The translations under genes were made by a program, and so were the position numbers. Shown here piece after piece: positions 25,751 to 38,524 of a stretch of 64,000 bases of DNA (the first letter of the stretch is position 1; each line of letters begins with the position of its first letter). Under the pieces are notes generated by a model. It was given only the letters and a program-made list of their open reading frames with translations. It was not told the DNA's origin and ran no database searches. The stretch is taken from assembly GCF_001194135.2 (NCBI RefSeq), contig NC_068993.1, positions 12,885,284 through 12,949,283 on the forward strand, written 5' to 3'. The DNA is from Octopus bimaculoides. Its lineage: Eukaryota.

Positions 25751-26556
25751 GAAAAAAGATGAAAATTAGGTAGAAAATGTCTTTTACTGTTTAAGGACCA
25801 ACAGATAGAATCTAAGATGGATAAATACTTTGGCCAACATTGCCAATCGACAATGTATGTTTGTGTTACTGTTCACAATGTTAGCGATAGACTATCTGGT
25901 GACATCATATCCTCCAGTTCACAAAAGGTAAACGAAAGTGAAGCATATTTTCGATGTAATCATTTTCGCAGTATTTTAATGAAAGCAGTCTAATCTCTGA
26001 TGAGGTGAGCAAGCAAGAAACAATAACGTCAGATGTGTGTGTGTGTGTGAGTGTGAGAGAGAGAGAGAGTAATTTTGCTGTGAGAATCCATAAGGATCGA
26101 GGCACATTAACTCGTATAACACCAGAACTGGCTAGATACGATAACAGACCTTACAGTGAAATAAACAAAATTAATTGTAGGCATCAAGTGTGTGTGTGTA
26201 TCTTTGCCTAGCCGTATTCTATGTCTATTTGTCTACATCCACATCACACATAATATAACTCCATCTGCCTATTTGTATGAATGCACGTTCACCAACATAC
26301 ACACACACACACACACACACTTATCTACCATTCCCTATTTCCAACACAGTTGTAGTCGACTGTTTATTTTTCCAGTTCTGTTCAGTAGCAACACATTGCT
26401 ATGTTATTTATTTTAGCCATCTTCCCGTCCCTTCCCTGCAGACACACACACACACACACACATACATATCACATACACACGCACATATCACATACACACA
26501 CACGTAGATCCATATATAGAAGCTTACTTTCTTCCTTCCTTTTTCTCTACACTGCT

Positions 26557-26860
26557 TGACGTCATAATTACTAGTGTTTCGAAGCATCGGAGAAATTAAC
26601 CAATTGTAAACAGCTGCATTATGACACGGGCATTATCAACCGGAAGTAAGTACTCTGAACAAACGACCTCGCCACCAACTGAGCTATGACCTGGACTTCG
26701 ATATCGCTGAACCAATAAATAAATAAATACAAGATACTTCAGGAATGAAATACGACACTAAATTAGGTTTGCAGTCAATTGGAAGCGATGGAATGGCACA
26801 AAAGGTGCGGGGCTGGATTAAACGTATTATAGTAATTTTTTTGAGCCAATGAGTGCGCGC
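26557..26860. promoter_or_regulatory. Promoter/enhancer-like motif cluster
   Basis: TGACGTCA (CRE, 26557-64), ACCGGAAGT (ETS, 26639-47), several CCAAT/ATTGG boxes including AGCCAATGAG (26844-53), locally elevated CpG. Confidence 0.35.
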
Positions 26861-26865
26861 CTGAT

Positions 26866-26940
26866 GCGTTAAAAATAGTAGCCAAATACCCTCTCGCATC
26901 ACGTTCTACCCTTTCATTAAAAAGAATAACGTAATCGTGG
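26866..26940 (+). repeat. Unclassified dispersed repeat ('aaatagcagccaaat.ccct' family)
   Basis: Related degenerate segments at about 27090-27115 (+), 33365-33430 (-), 48510-48550 (-), 57525-57570 (-) and 57740-57775 (-). Confidence 0.4.
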
Positions 26941-27740
26941 ATGCACAAAAATAAGTGATCGCCAAAGTTAGAACAACTTAGACCTTGCCTGTTGTGTCAT
27001 GGCTGACCTGAATATAAACCAGCAAGGAGAAAAACGACTGCAATTAGCAGTAATCTGCACAAACGAAGGAGCCTCTGCATGGTCACATGACCTGCTAGAA
27101 AGAGCCGCCAAAAGAGTTTGTTTTCATTGTATTATATACAAATTGATAGAATGAAAAAATATCAGATGGTCAGAACTAGAATAGCATTTATCATCTCTGC
27201 TCCAATAAGTATGAACTGAAGCTAAAAATAACAAAGCAACATGAATAACATAATGAGAGCGAGAAATAGCAGCCACATTAACCTCGAATCGCAGCCTGTT
27301 TTCTTGGTAACTGCGGGACATATTTGATTATTGCAGTCCTAGGTATCCATTTATGTACAGGATGGTAACGGCTAGGATCATGTTTTTGATTCTAGGACTC
27401 TTAGATCTGATTTTACCTGATGCAAAACATCAAAAAAGCAGTTACCTGTTACTAGATACGTCATTCTACCGCTCGTAATTCAAATCGTGCCGAGCTCTGA
27501 GTTGGCTAATTTTTTCTCTCTCCCTTTTTTATTTATCTATTTATTTATTTATTTATTGTGAACAATATAAATTTCTTGTCTTCATTTCAAATCCCAGAAT
27601 TTATGTTGCCAAATGGAAGATGTCAGGTATGGTTTTGGGGTGGGTGGCAACGATAGAGCATCGTGAAGCAAAAAGGGAGCTCCAAAATGCCCCTAATAGC
27701 TGCAAGACACATCAAATCGCATTCCGTTTTATGACAAGAA

Positions 27741-27794
<54 letters not shown>

Positions 27795-28080
27795 CATATT
27801 TACTCGATATACGAGTCTCCGTGATAAAAAAAAAAAAAACTGGACGAGATAGTCTAGCATGAGATTACCATTTATCGCTCAATCTGCTGTGGCCTAGATG
27901 GGACTAAACAATGCCATCACTACTAACAAAACAACTATCTTTTAACGTTGTTATTGTTCAGCTCAGTCAGATGGAATCCAGTACACATATAATAAAATCC
28001 TTTCAAAGCGTGACCTGCATATTAGTTTATCTATATATACGACTGGTAATCTAGGAATACATTTTCGAACGTGTCATTTT

Positions 28081-28701
28081 CTAAGACAGCATGGTGTAAT
28101 TCGAGGATCTGGTTGCTATTTTTAGCAGATTGATAGGTATGACGTTGGTATTGAATGGTAAAGAGCCTAACAAATGTACGCTTAGTTTTAATATAGAGAT
28201 TTTGATTCTTATAAAATCTCTAATCCTTTGGGAAAGTTTGACATTTATCCTTGTGGAGAAAGTCAGTTTAAAATTTAGAAATATGCCAGTAATATGATAG
28301 GATCTTATTCCATCACCTACATTCCTCACTTGCTCGTGGCTAAGAAAGGAATCAATGAGATCAATAATGGCTGCTCTACTATAGGTTGTAGTCCATCATT
28401 TCCATTCGGTTCGGATTTCAAGATCGTATTTCACTGTATTCATCATTTTCATGTGATGAGAAATGGCATAAACATCACGAATTCCTATACCATTGTTGAT
28501 ATCTTTTTGTTCATACATAAATATATAACTATATGTGTTATATTCACCACGAATAAACAAACGCAGAACGGCGCTAGCTATAATATTTTGACGCAAAGAA
28601 TCCTCTCTTACACCTATCAGACACCAGTATTTCAGTGTGGTTCCGACTTCTCTGTGATGACCACACTCAGATACGCTAGTCGGAAATTTTTGTTCTAAAT
28701 G
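28081..28701 (-). pseudogene. Possible Tx1/L1-clade LINE ORF2 fragment (post-RT region)
   Basis: One frame stays open for about 207 codons with a single TGA (28396-98). 'LKYWCLIGV...LRLFIRGEYNTYSYIFMYEQKDINNGIGIRDVYAI...RTEWK*W' resembles the Tx1/L1 pattern 'KLWY..V...F.W.G......L..PK..GGLG.RD...W'. Confidence 0.4.
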
Positions 28702-31700
28702 TTACGATCAGACAAATTATAATGTGAGAAAAAGGGGTAAACTTCTGATCGCAACAACAAAGTGTTCAAACAGGGAAGTAAATGTTCATATATGGAGATT
28801 ATGTCCAGTCTCAATGGTTTCAAGGTAGGTGGTGAACGATCCGACCCGTATGCAGCTCCGTCTCGTTCTGGTTCTATCCGCGCCAAGCTCCCGCTGTCTT
28901 CCCCACTCCCCTTTTCAACAGGAAGTACAAGATTACCTGCCTTGCTCGTTAACAGGAAGTGAACGAGGTTACCTGTCTCGTACTATGCTAACTTCCTGTG
29001 TATATATATATATTTGGTTATTCATACCAACGTTATTTCACTTCTGCCAAACGGTCGTTGACAAACGTTTATCTCGCCACCTTCGGAAAATATAGGGTAA
29101 GTTTTCACCCCTCATTATCTTATAGATATACATAACATAATACAGAAATAAACAAAATTATTAACTAATTGTTGTGGGAGTTTGGCCAAGCTTCAGTTTA
29201 GTCAATAAAGGCGCTTGAAACAGAATTTGCTTAAGATAACGAAGAGTATTACAGTTATAATATATGTACACTAGTATAATGGAGTTGGTTGTAATATTTT
29301 GTCACAGAGAAGCTTTTCTTACGCGGCTCTGTATCAAAAGCACAGAGTTATCTCAAAATATTAGTGGGTCATCAGACAGCGGAGTTTTGGCTTGATTTGG
29401 CCTCTTCATACATACGTTCAATATGTGCGTTAGTGCGGTGTATACAATTGTGTAAAATAATTAACATAGTAGCATTCTTAAACATGAATTTATTAAGATA
29501 TATATATATATATATATATAACAGTCAGGTATGCCTGAGCTGCTTTCAAAATTCGAACGTCTGTAGTTTTAGTATGGTCATACTGCTCGACACACAGGAC
29601 TGGTGTATTTTTTTATGGCTTCGAATTGTCCAATATTTTATGAGAAAAGTTTGGTAAACGAAAGTATGTTTGTATGTATTAATAAAGCCTGACACAAGCA
29701 CAGTTTTATATATTTTCCTTTTCATCCATGATACTCTATTTCCCTCTGTTACCTATTAAATTTCTGAAGAAACAGTTAAACTCGAAACGTCAGAGACATA
29801 TCTTCTTTCTTACATTTCAAAGAACATGAAGCAAATATTTGCGCATAGATTTCTTTGCCGCCTGAGATGTTATACACGTCGTTAATTTTCAACCCATATA
29901 CACGTACACACATGTGTTGCATGTTTCTCTTCGAATATATCGGTTAAAGATGTAAAACATTGATGAGAAAATAGATAAACCGTTGCTTTCGAAAGAAAAA
30001 GACTTCTTAAGAAATTTTAACTCTTTATCATTCTAGCCATCATAAATGCTATGAACCGTTGGCTTTTGGTTCGTTAGAAACCTCCGACATTATTGTTCAC
30101 AGAATCCGATATAAAATATATTCGAAATAAAATATAAATAAAATAAATACGTCTCCATCGATATAACGATGGATTTTTGAAACTTTTGATTCGATAATAG
30201 TTTGCTATTTCAAAGTTCAACTTTAGTTGACCTGTCTGCTGGCAATAATGTCAGAGGGATTGGAATTTCACTGAAAGCAGACGACACCATTACACACTCT
30301 ATAATTTTATACCAACACAGGCAAACAGATTACACTTATCATGTGACTTGTTAAATAAAAACAAAACAAAAAGTAAATAAATAAGAATAATCATAAAACA
30401 AAATATCAGAAAAAAATAAGGCCAGAATGATGTTGCTGTTATTGTTGATGATAGTATCGCCTCTGACTTGTTTATTTTATTTTGCAATTTATTTTAACTG
30501 TTTTCTAACTTCCATTTCGAAACATACTCACGCTCTCTCAATTCCCTATTATAAATTTTTATATTTCACACACACACACACACACACACACTTTGTCTCT
30601 CCCTCCCTCTACCTCTCTTTACCTCTGTCTCTCTTTCTCTCTCTACTTTTCTATCTCTCTTTACCCCTCTCTCTCTGTTTACCTTTCTCTTTCCCGGCCT
30701 CTCTTTCTCTCTCTTCCGTCTTACATCTTCTCCTCCCTTTCTCTCTTTACAGTTCTTTATACCGCTCTCTTCCATTACTCTCTCTCTCTCACTCTCTCTC
30801 TCTCATCCTCTCTCGTTCACATTTCTCTATTGTTATTCCATCGCTTATCTCTGTTTCTCTTATCGTTTCACATCTTTCCTTTATTTTTGTATTACATTCT
30901 TTATCGCCTCATTGTTAATATATTCCATTCTGTCTCTCCCTCCCTCTCTCTCTCTCTCTCGCTTTATTCCCACCTTTTTTTGTTTTACCTTTACACTTTT
31001 TATGCTTTTCTGTCTTTGATCTTCCCTTGTCTCTCTCCTTCTCTGTGTATCTATAGCTTTCTTTACATTTGTTTCTTTCTTCCCATTATTCTGCATGTCT
31101 ATTCCGTCATTCCATCTTCTATTTATCATTTAGCTCTACCTTTCAGTATATTTTCTTCCCCACCCCTCTCTCTCTCTCTCTTAACAGTTTTCCAAATTTT
31201 CTCATTTTATCACCATACTCTCTTTCTCACTCATTCACTACCTCTCCATCTATCTTTCCTTCATTCACTCTCTTAGATACACACATTCTCTTCTATTTCT
31301 CCTTCCATATATTTTATCATTATCATCATCAACATAGTCTCATAAACACTTTGCTTTTGGGCACACCACTAAACTAAAAAGCTAAACATTACATAGTGTT
31401 TCTAAAAACGATTAAACAGCACTGGATTTTCATTGCTTTCTCCAAACCTAGCGAAGAAGGTTGAAGTTTGCATTCGATGTTAATAATCTCCTATTATACT
31501 GAGAGGAATAAGGTCTTGTTATAATAGAATTCACAGAAACTAGTGAAGATGTTCCGTGTCGGCAAATACTATTTGTCATGTGATTGGTAGGTAGTTAGAT
31601 CTATATAGACAGTACAGCTTAAATCTGAATTGCTGAAAGGTGTTAAAACTTACAACTTTTTTTTATGCAACGCTTTAAGCGTGGAGATTACAGTCGATGT

Positions 31701-31794
31701 GCAAACATTCTAAAGTTCTCCGAAATAGAGAGAACAGTAATGTTACACTCATATGTATGTATACACACACACACACACACTTTTTCTTTCTCTT

Positions 31795-31825
<31 letters not shown>

Positions 31826-32479
31826 ATCTCTCTCTTTCATACGCACATACACACACAAACACCATTGTATGCGGTTGGGATAAAACAAGTGCGCCGTTTG
31901 TAGCCCGGTCCTTCGTCAAAAAAGAAAAGAAGATGAATATTCAACCCCTCCCTCCCTCTCTCCTTCCTTCCCTCTCTATCTATCTTTCTCTCTCTTTCTC
32001 TTTCTCTCTCTCAGATTTGCACTGAAACTTTAGGGCAACCATTTCCAAACGGCATGTTAACGTCTTGAAAAAAATGTTAATACTTTCAAACCTATAGAAT
32101 TTGGAAAACTAGAAATTTTGTAAATTCAATTTCATGGCAACAACAGAGCTACGAACCGCTGATTTCTTGGCTGGTTGTTCCAGGAGTCTCCATTCTGCTA
32201 TCTGCTACATATACATATATATATTATAACGGCATATATGCGCATATAAATTCACTGTCTCTGTCACTCACACATACATACACACACTCTCCCCCTCTCT
32301 CTCTCTCTCTCATATTTATTACAAATTCTGTTTCACATATCTTATTACCTTTTTCACTTCTTTTTCTTCCTATTCATTCTCGTCCTTTTAGTTATATCCC
32401 GCCTGTAATAACTATATTTATTAAGGCTTTCTCTATTTGTTGTCGTTGCTGTTTGTATTTCGTTTATAGTTACTGATGT

Positions 32480-33200
32480 AGCAGCAGCAGTGGTAGTAGT
32501 AGTAGTAACTGTTATTGTTGTTTGTTTTCGTTCTGTGTCATTATTAAGTCATTTCCAGCTGTGTTACAATTAACGTATTTGTTATATGATTAACAAAATA
32601 CTTTAATTTTGAAATAGTTTCATTTGATGGAATGAATGCGATGGTTTCGGAGGATGTTGCTGTTGGTGGTGGTGGTGGGAATATTGAAGTTGGCGATGGT
32701 GGCAGTGGTGGTGGTGGTGGTGAGAGTAATAATGTATCTAATGATGTTGACTGCATTTGGTGGTGGTGGTGGTAGTGGTTCTGGTAGTGGTGCTGGTGGT
32801 GGTAGGAATATTGAAGTTGGCGATGGTGACAGTGGCGGTAGAGACGGTGGTGGTGAGAGTAATAATATATCTAATGACGTTGACTGCATTGGTGGTGGTG
32901 GTGGTGGTGATGGTGGAGTAGTACTGTTTCAGATGCTGTTGCTCCTGATAATGGAGGTGTTGATGGCGGTGGAAACGATATTGAGGATAGTAACGATGCA
33001 GGTGATAGTGGCTGCATTTAGGATAGTGTTGACGCTACTCATGATAAAAGTGATGATAGTGGCGGAGACTGGTAACGATGGCGATGGTGGTGGTCATGAG
33101 GATGGTGATTGTGATGATAATGTTGGTGGTGCTACTGTTGATAGTGGTATTGGTTGGATGGTAACGCTGATGATAGTGGTAGTAGTTAGGCAGCTGTGTG
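32480..33200. repeat. (GGT)/(GAT) low-complexity tract with an internal duplication of about 127 bp period (32679 / 32806)
   Basis: 'gaatattgaagttggcgatgg...gagagtaataat.tatctaatga.gttgactgcatt' occurs twice. Confidence 0.85.
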
Positions 33201-33605
33201 TTGATATGGATGGAGATCGTGGTGTTTTATTTTCTCTCGAGTGCTTTTGTCGTTTAACCCTAGGCCGGCCTGATTGGGTGGACATTCATAGAATGACAAA
33301 CATTTTCTTTTTTCCATTTTCTTCTTTGTTCAAGTATAATGCATCCGAAACTATATTACCTTATATGTCGTCTTTCTTAAAATAGCAGTGACTGATTTTG
33401 AAGGAAATTTAGCTATTATTTCTAACAGACTGAGTAGTAATCTCGCCGAACCTTCCCCAATGTCTCATTATGATCGTCTTGTTAGCAGTTGTATTTGGAA
33501 TGATGTCAGTGCATAAATTGCGAGTTGTCGTACGTTTAACTCTAAAGAGTATATATAAATATATTTTTTAAAATATCAACAACATTATGACCGGGCGATA
33601 ACAAT

Positions 33606-34310
33606 TTACTTAACGAAGCCGCCTTCAGCTTCCACCGAGATCCCACGACGTCTCTGGAACCTAGAGCATGCGTGCCTCAGTGTCTCCCTTGGAAGATCTT
33701 CGAACACCTTGATCTTCGTAACCAGTTTGGCTTTGGTGTTGCAGGCAACGTAGTTGGTGTATTTCTCAACAGCGTCTCACACATCGTAATCCATGGAATT
33801 TCAATCGGGTCGAATAAGCGGCTAGAAATTGGTGCTGGTGAAGAGGCAGAAAATTTCCGGCAACCACTTCTAACTTTTTTTCGAATATATAGCAAGTAGC
33901 TGAATTCTGCTGTCACACATTTGGCCTTCCGGTAGCAATCCTTCCAAGCCGGTGATTGACTACTGTCTCCAGCAGCTTCACATAGGGGTCTGTACTGAGC
34001 CTAAGGCCCAGTTCATCAATCGTTGGATGAATTCCGGCGTGAGGACGCAGTCAGAGCGCCTGCTGTGTCTCTTCTTGTAGGCCATGGCTTCGTTGTCTCA
34101 GCTGCAGCTGTCCATATCTTGCAGCTTTTACGGTGTATGCAGAACATTGCGCAGCAGTCATGATGTCGGCATTTTGATACCGGGCGCAAATCTTTTCCAG
34201 TATTCAAACGGCTTCTAGTTCTCTATACCAGCTTTTTCACAATTACAACTTTCATCTTTATGCTCTTCAACGCCGTTGACTGTTCACCAGTACATCAGGC
34301 TGTTCCTGAA
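33606..34310 (-). pseudogene. Internally deleted Tc1/mariner transposase, maT/DD37D-like
   Basis: Manual translation: N-terminal 'DIMTAAQCSAYTVK...HSRRSDCVLTPEFIQ', then 'GLRLSTDPYVKLLETVV...RIATGRPNV*QQNSA', then 'NSMDYDV*DAVEKYTNYVACNTKAKLVTKIKVFEDLPRETLRHACSRFQ...VEAEGGFVK*'. Stops and frameshifts are present. Confidence 0.85.
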
Positions 34311-34904
34311 ATGTGGAAAAAAAAATGGGAACATAAAAAGTCATCAAATTTAGCCCGAACATCCAATATATCATCGTTGCCTGCAGTCTGATGAAACTTG
34401 TTAACAGCTATTGGTTTGCACGATCACAGCTTTCCTGAAACGAAAACAAATAACGATAACAACAAATGCCTATTACAAAAATAAAAATCTAGAAAAAAAA
34501 CTATGGTTACCCTTCTTTATCTAATTCATGTTTAACAAAGGTTACCGTTGGCAATTGCAAAATGCTTATTTTATAGATACAACGAATAAACTATTAATCT
34601 AACTTAGATAACCTGTCGGCAATGCGTTTAGTTGATCCTTTCATCTTTATTTTATTACTATTAGTTTATAGTTTAGTAATAACATGCTCGAAACAAAACA
34701 ATTCAACCTAAGTAGAAATAATGTTTTTCAATGTTTTTAAAAGCCTTACACGATTTTGCTGGCGGTTTTCAAGGCATGAAAATGGATTTATCCCTAATAG
34801 CAGTTACAGGGATTGAATTGAATACAAAAACGTAAAAAAATAGAATTTAACGAAACATTGCAAGATATGTTGTCTACTGCGCTACAGTTCCTGCAATATT
34901 TTAG

Positions 34905-34939
<35 letters not shown>

Positions 34940-34959
34940 TTCAAATATCTGTTCATGGA

Positions 34960-35590
34960 CAGCATGTTTTGGGTTGAGTGTGCAACAAGTACTTATTTTA
35001 TCGATTCTGGTAGGATGAAAGGCAAAGTCAGCCTTAACGGAATTTGAGCTCAGGATGTAAAGGCAGATGATGCCGCTAAGCATTTTGCCCGGTGCGCTAA
35101 CGATTCTGCCAGCTCAACGCTTTAATGATGATAATAATAATAATAATAATAATAATAATGTTGTCTGTTATAAGCACAAGGTCTGAAAATTTTGCGTGGG
35201 GGACAGTCGATTACATCGACCCTAGTACTCAACTGATACTCATTTTATCGACCTCGAATGATATAAGTCAACCACAGCGGAATTTGATCTCAGAACGTAG
35301 CAATCGGCAAAATACCGCTAAGCATTTAGTCCAGCGTGCTAACGATTCTGCCAGCTCACCGCCTTAAATTATAATCTTTTCTACTCTAGGCACAAGGCCT
35401 GAAATTTTAAGGGTGGGGACTAGTCGATTATAACGATCCCAGTGCTTCACTGGTACTTATTTCATTGACCCCGAAAGGATGAAAGGCAATGTCGACCGCG
35501 GCAGGATTTGAACTCAGAAAGTAAGGACGGATGAAATGCCGCTAAGCATTTCATACAGCGTGCTGATCATTCTGCCAGCTCGCCGCCTTA
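34960..35590 (-). mobile_element. Head-to-tail trimer of SINE family A (34960-35124; 35165-35366; 35375-35590)
   Basis: Three consecutive reverse-strand units, each ending on + with 'aacg/gatcattctgccagctc..gc(c/t)tta', separated by (AAT)n or AT-rich linkers. Confidence 0.9.
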
Positions 35591-36192
35591 ATACAAGAGA
35601 AACTCCAACTAGGGCCAATGAAGGAACCCCACAGATCCAGGTTTACCCTGACCAACAAAGTTACGAGCCCTCGCTCCTGCTCTAATAACGTTTCTTATTG
35701 TTTACAAAGCCAGAGATGTTGGAGACAGTTCAAATGTACGGGGTTTTCTTTAAGCGGAATAAAATTGGGATGGACTGGACAAAAGCAATAGACAATAAGA
35801 TGTCTAGAAAAAGTCTTCGCTGGGTTGGTGGGAAAAACCAGTGTCATTTGAGGATATATTAATAATAAAATATTAATAGTAATAATAATAATCTATCTGC
35901 TTTCAATATATTAACACTTTCAGTTGTAATGTTCTACAGCATAAATATGAAAAGTACTTAGCTGATTGGGAATATTTCAGACAGGATTAATGTAAAAGCG
36001 CGAGGCACAATAGGAAATCCATACAAAGGATTTGGATTCTCATTGTTCTTAAGGATACAATAATTTTAAATGCAATTTTAATTCTAACGGATTAAACTGT
36101 TTCTAATCCTTTAATTCTGTACCCATGCACTTAGGTAAAGTATACAAAACACACACACACACGTATTCATACTGTGAATTTGTCTATCTATA

Positions 36193-36232
<40 letters not shown>

Positions 36233-36237
36233 TATAC

Positions 36238-36376
36238 AACGGGCTTCTTTCAGTTTCCATCTACCAAATCCACTCAAAAGGCCTTGGTCGGCCCGACGGT
36301 ATAGCAGAAGATACTTGTCCAAGGTGCCACGCATGTTGTTGAGAAGCAAGCTTCTTACCACACAGTCACTCCTGCG

Positions 36377-36380
<4 letters not shown>
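36238..36380 (-). mobile_element. SINE family B (internal deletion)
   Basis: 'acgggcttctttcagtttccatctaccaaatccactc...cttgtccaaggtgccacgca...cttaccacacagtcactcctgcgc'. Confidence 0.85.
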
Positions 36381-36412
<32 letters not shown>

Positions 36413-38474
36413 CTTGTGCGCATCAGTCTATCATCTTTACTGTCATTCATTTAATTCCTCCGCTGACATAGTAGATAGTGTTAATGCTGCTGCTGCTACT
36501 ACTACTACCACTGCTGCTGCTGCTAAGTTTAATGACCGAAAGGAGGTATTTGCATGGAATAGTCTAATAGTACTTTTGGTTTGGAGGAGGTATGTCTTCA
36601 AGTGATGCAGTCTATGCTGTTTGCGTATATATTTCTGTCGGTGTATATTTGTATTTGTGCGTCTGTATGTAAGTTTTTGAGTAGATGTATGTGTGTCTAT
36701 ATGAAGTTGTATATCAATGAGTCGGCATGTGAATGCGCACCTCTCTGTTTGCATGCGTGCCCAATACGTGTTTGAGGCTATCATGCAATGAAAGGTATTT
36801 ATCCGTTTACACTTGCTTGAATAACTGTGTGCTGAGGGGACAGAAATATCCATTGATATTTTGAAACGCTCAGAATCACGGTTCAATCCCCAGCAAACGG
36901 AAAAAAATAAATGAAAATCCCTCAGGGAGTTTGGAGGACACACTGCTCCAATTTCTTCGGACAGTGAGCAACGATGACCAAAATGTATAGAGCATGTATT
37001 ATTTTAATTGCTATTACTGGTGGTCAGTCACTGTCCAAAGGAACGTTTTATATAAAATGGCGAAATTGTAAGGGGAGGAGGACAAACAAAGAGTGGAAAA
37101 GGGCTGAGACGGAAACGGAGAGGCTGAAGTGGCGTGGTGGTGGTGGTATGGGATAAAAGGGAAGCTGTAAAATAGTAAGATGGCTGAAGAATTAATGGGA
37201 ATAAAAGTCAACAACGAAGTAATATATATGTGTGGGTGGAGTGCTTGTCGTTGTATGCGTTTGAGTGTTACGCTTTTAACAAATTTATCTGTCGAACAAA
37301 CTGGAAGACAATCGAAATCTATGAAATAATAAAATATTCGAAGACATGATAGAGCTGCATCGTGAAGATCTATTAACTTTTTACTGGAAAATAAATAAAA
37401 ATCATTTGTATAGCATAGTATTTCCATAGTTTGCCTAGTACGAATGCATAAAATAATATATAAAGCGAACTAACATTGGAGTCTCTTCGTGCTTTCTCGT
37501 ACTACAAGAAAATCATATTCTGACAGTTTAAAAAGGATGGAAGACATTACATTAGACAATGTTGTCTAAGATTCCATGTTTTAATAACAGATTGGATGGT
37601 CACGGCTGGAATGCATTTGATCATAGATTTATAGGTTTATTTGTTCAATCATAACTGACCAGAGATAGGAACTAAAACACAGCCATATCTGTTTGATGAA
37701 TTTCATGAGACAAGAAGTTCATGGGACCTTATTGATTGTAATCTTGCAATATCCTCCAAAATGCAGTTTCCAAAATAAGCCCGAAATATGTTTTATATAC
37801 TTAATATTATTGTAGTATAATAAAACATCATCGTTCTGAGATGCACCGCCTTTTTTATAATTAAATATTATTAGGGGGTGCATAAAATATTGTTGAAATG
37901 TAATTAATTTATTGTAGATAAATTTTAACAGCAAAATCTTATATGGACCCCACAAGGTTCAAAATTACTGATTTAGAATCTATTTGTTCATTGAGTTTTC
38001 TTCTCAATAGCAGTGTTTACAGTATAGGCAGAGGATGATTATTGCGAAGGTGTAGTATAGGTAGACGACAGTCCCTGAGAAGAAGCTATAGCTCATAGCT
38101 TCAGCCTTAAGGAAGGTGAATTGATGTTGTTTCTAGTGATTCTTCTAGGAGTAGTCGTCGTAGCAGAGATACTCTTTGCATCTGTAGAAATAATAGTAAT
38201 AACGGAGAAGTTGTGGAAAGATTTTATTTATGTATTTTTGTGTGAATTTTGTTTTTCTTATTATTTCGCTGTCCAATAATATAAATGGATGGACATTATA
38301 CTTAACTAACTCTTTACGTGGTCAATACACTTAACTGTCCAGTACGGCCGAATTGGGTCCAGCCTATATTAGTTCACGCCACACCAGACAGAGAAATCAA
38401 ACTTTTACACGTGTATACTCCACTTCCTTATTGCTTATCTCCACCGGCCCCTCCTCTCCCTCTCTCTGTATGCG

Positions 38475-38524
<50 letters not shown>

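Noticed and set aside
27081-27095. GGTCACATGACC CLEAR/M-box-like motif
   Set aside because: It lies within a probable dispersed repeat ('acctgctagaaa...gcc'); a single short motif.
32544-33385. 249-aa Val/Gly/Met-rich ORF and Pro-rich antisense ORFs
   Set aside because: They come from GGT/GAT low-complexity sequence with a local duplication; there is no domain and no splice support.
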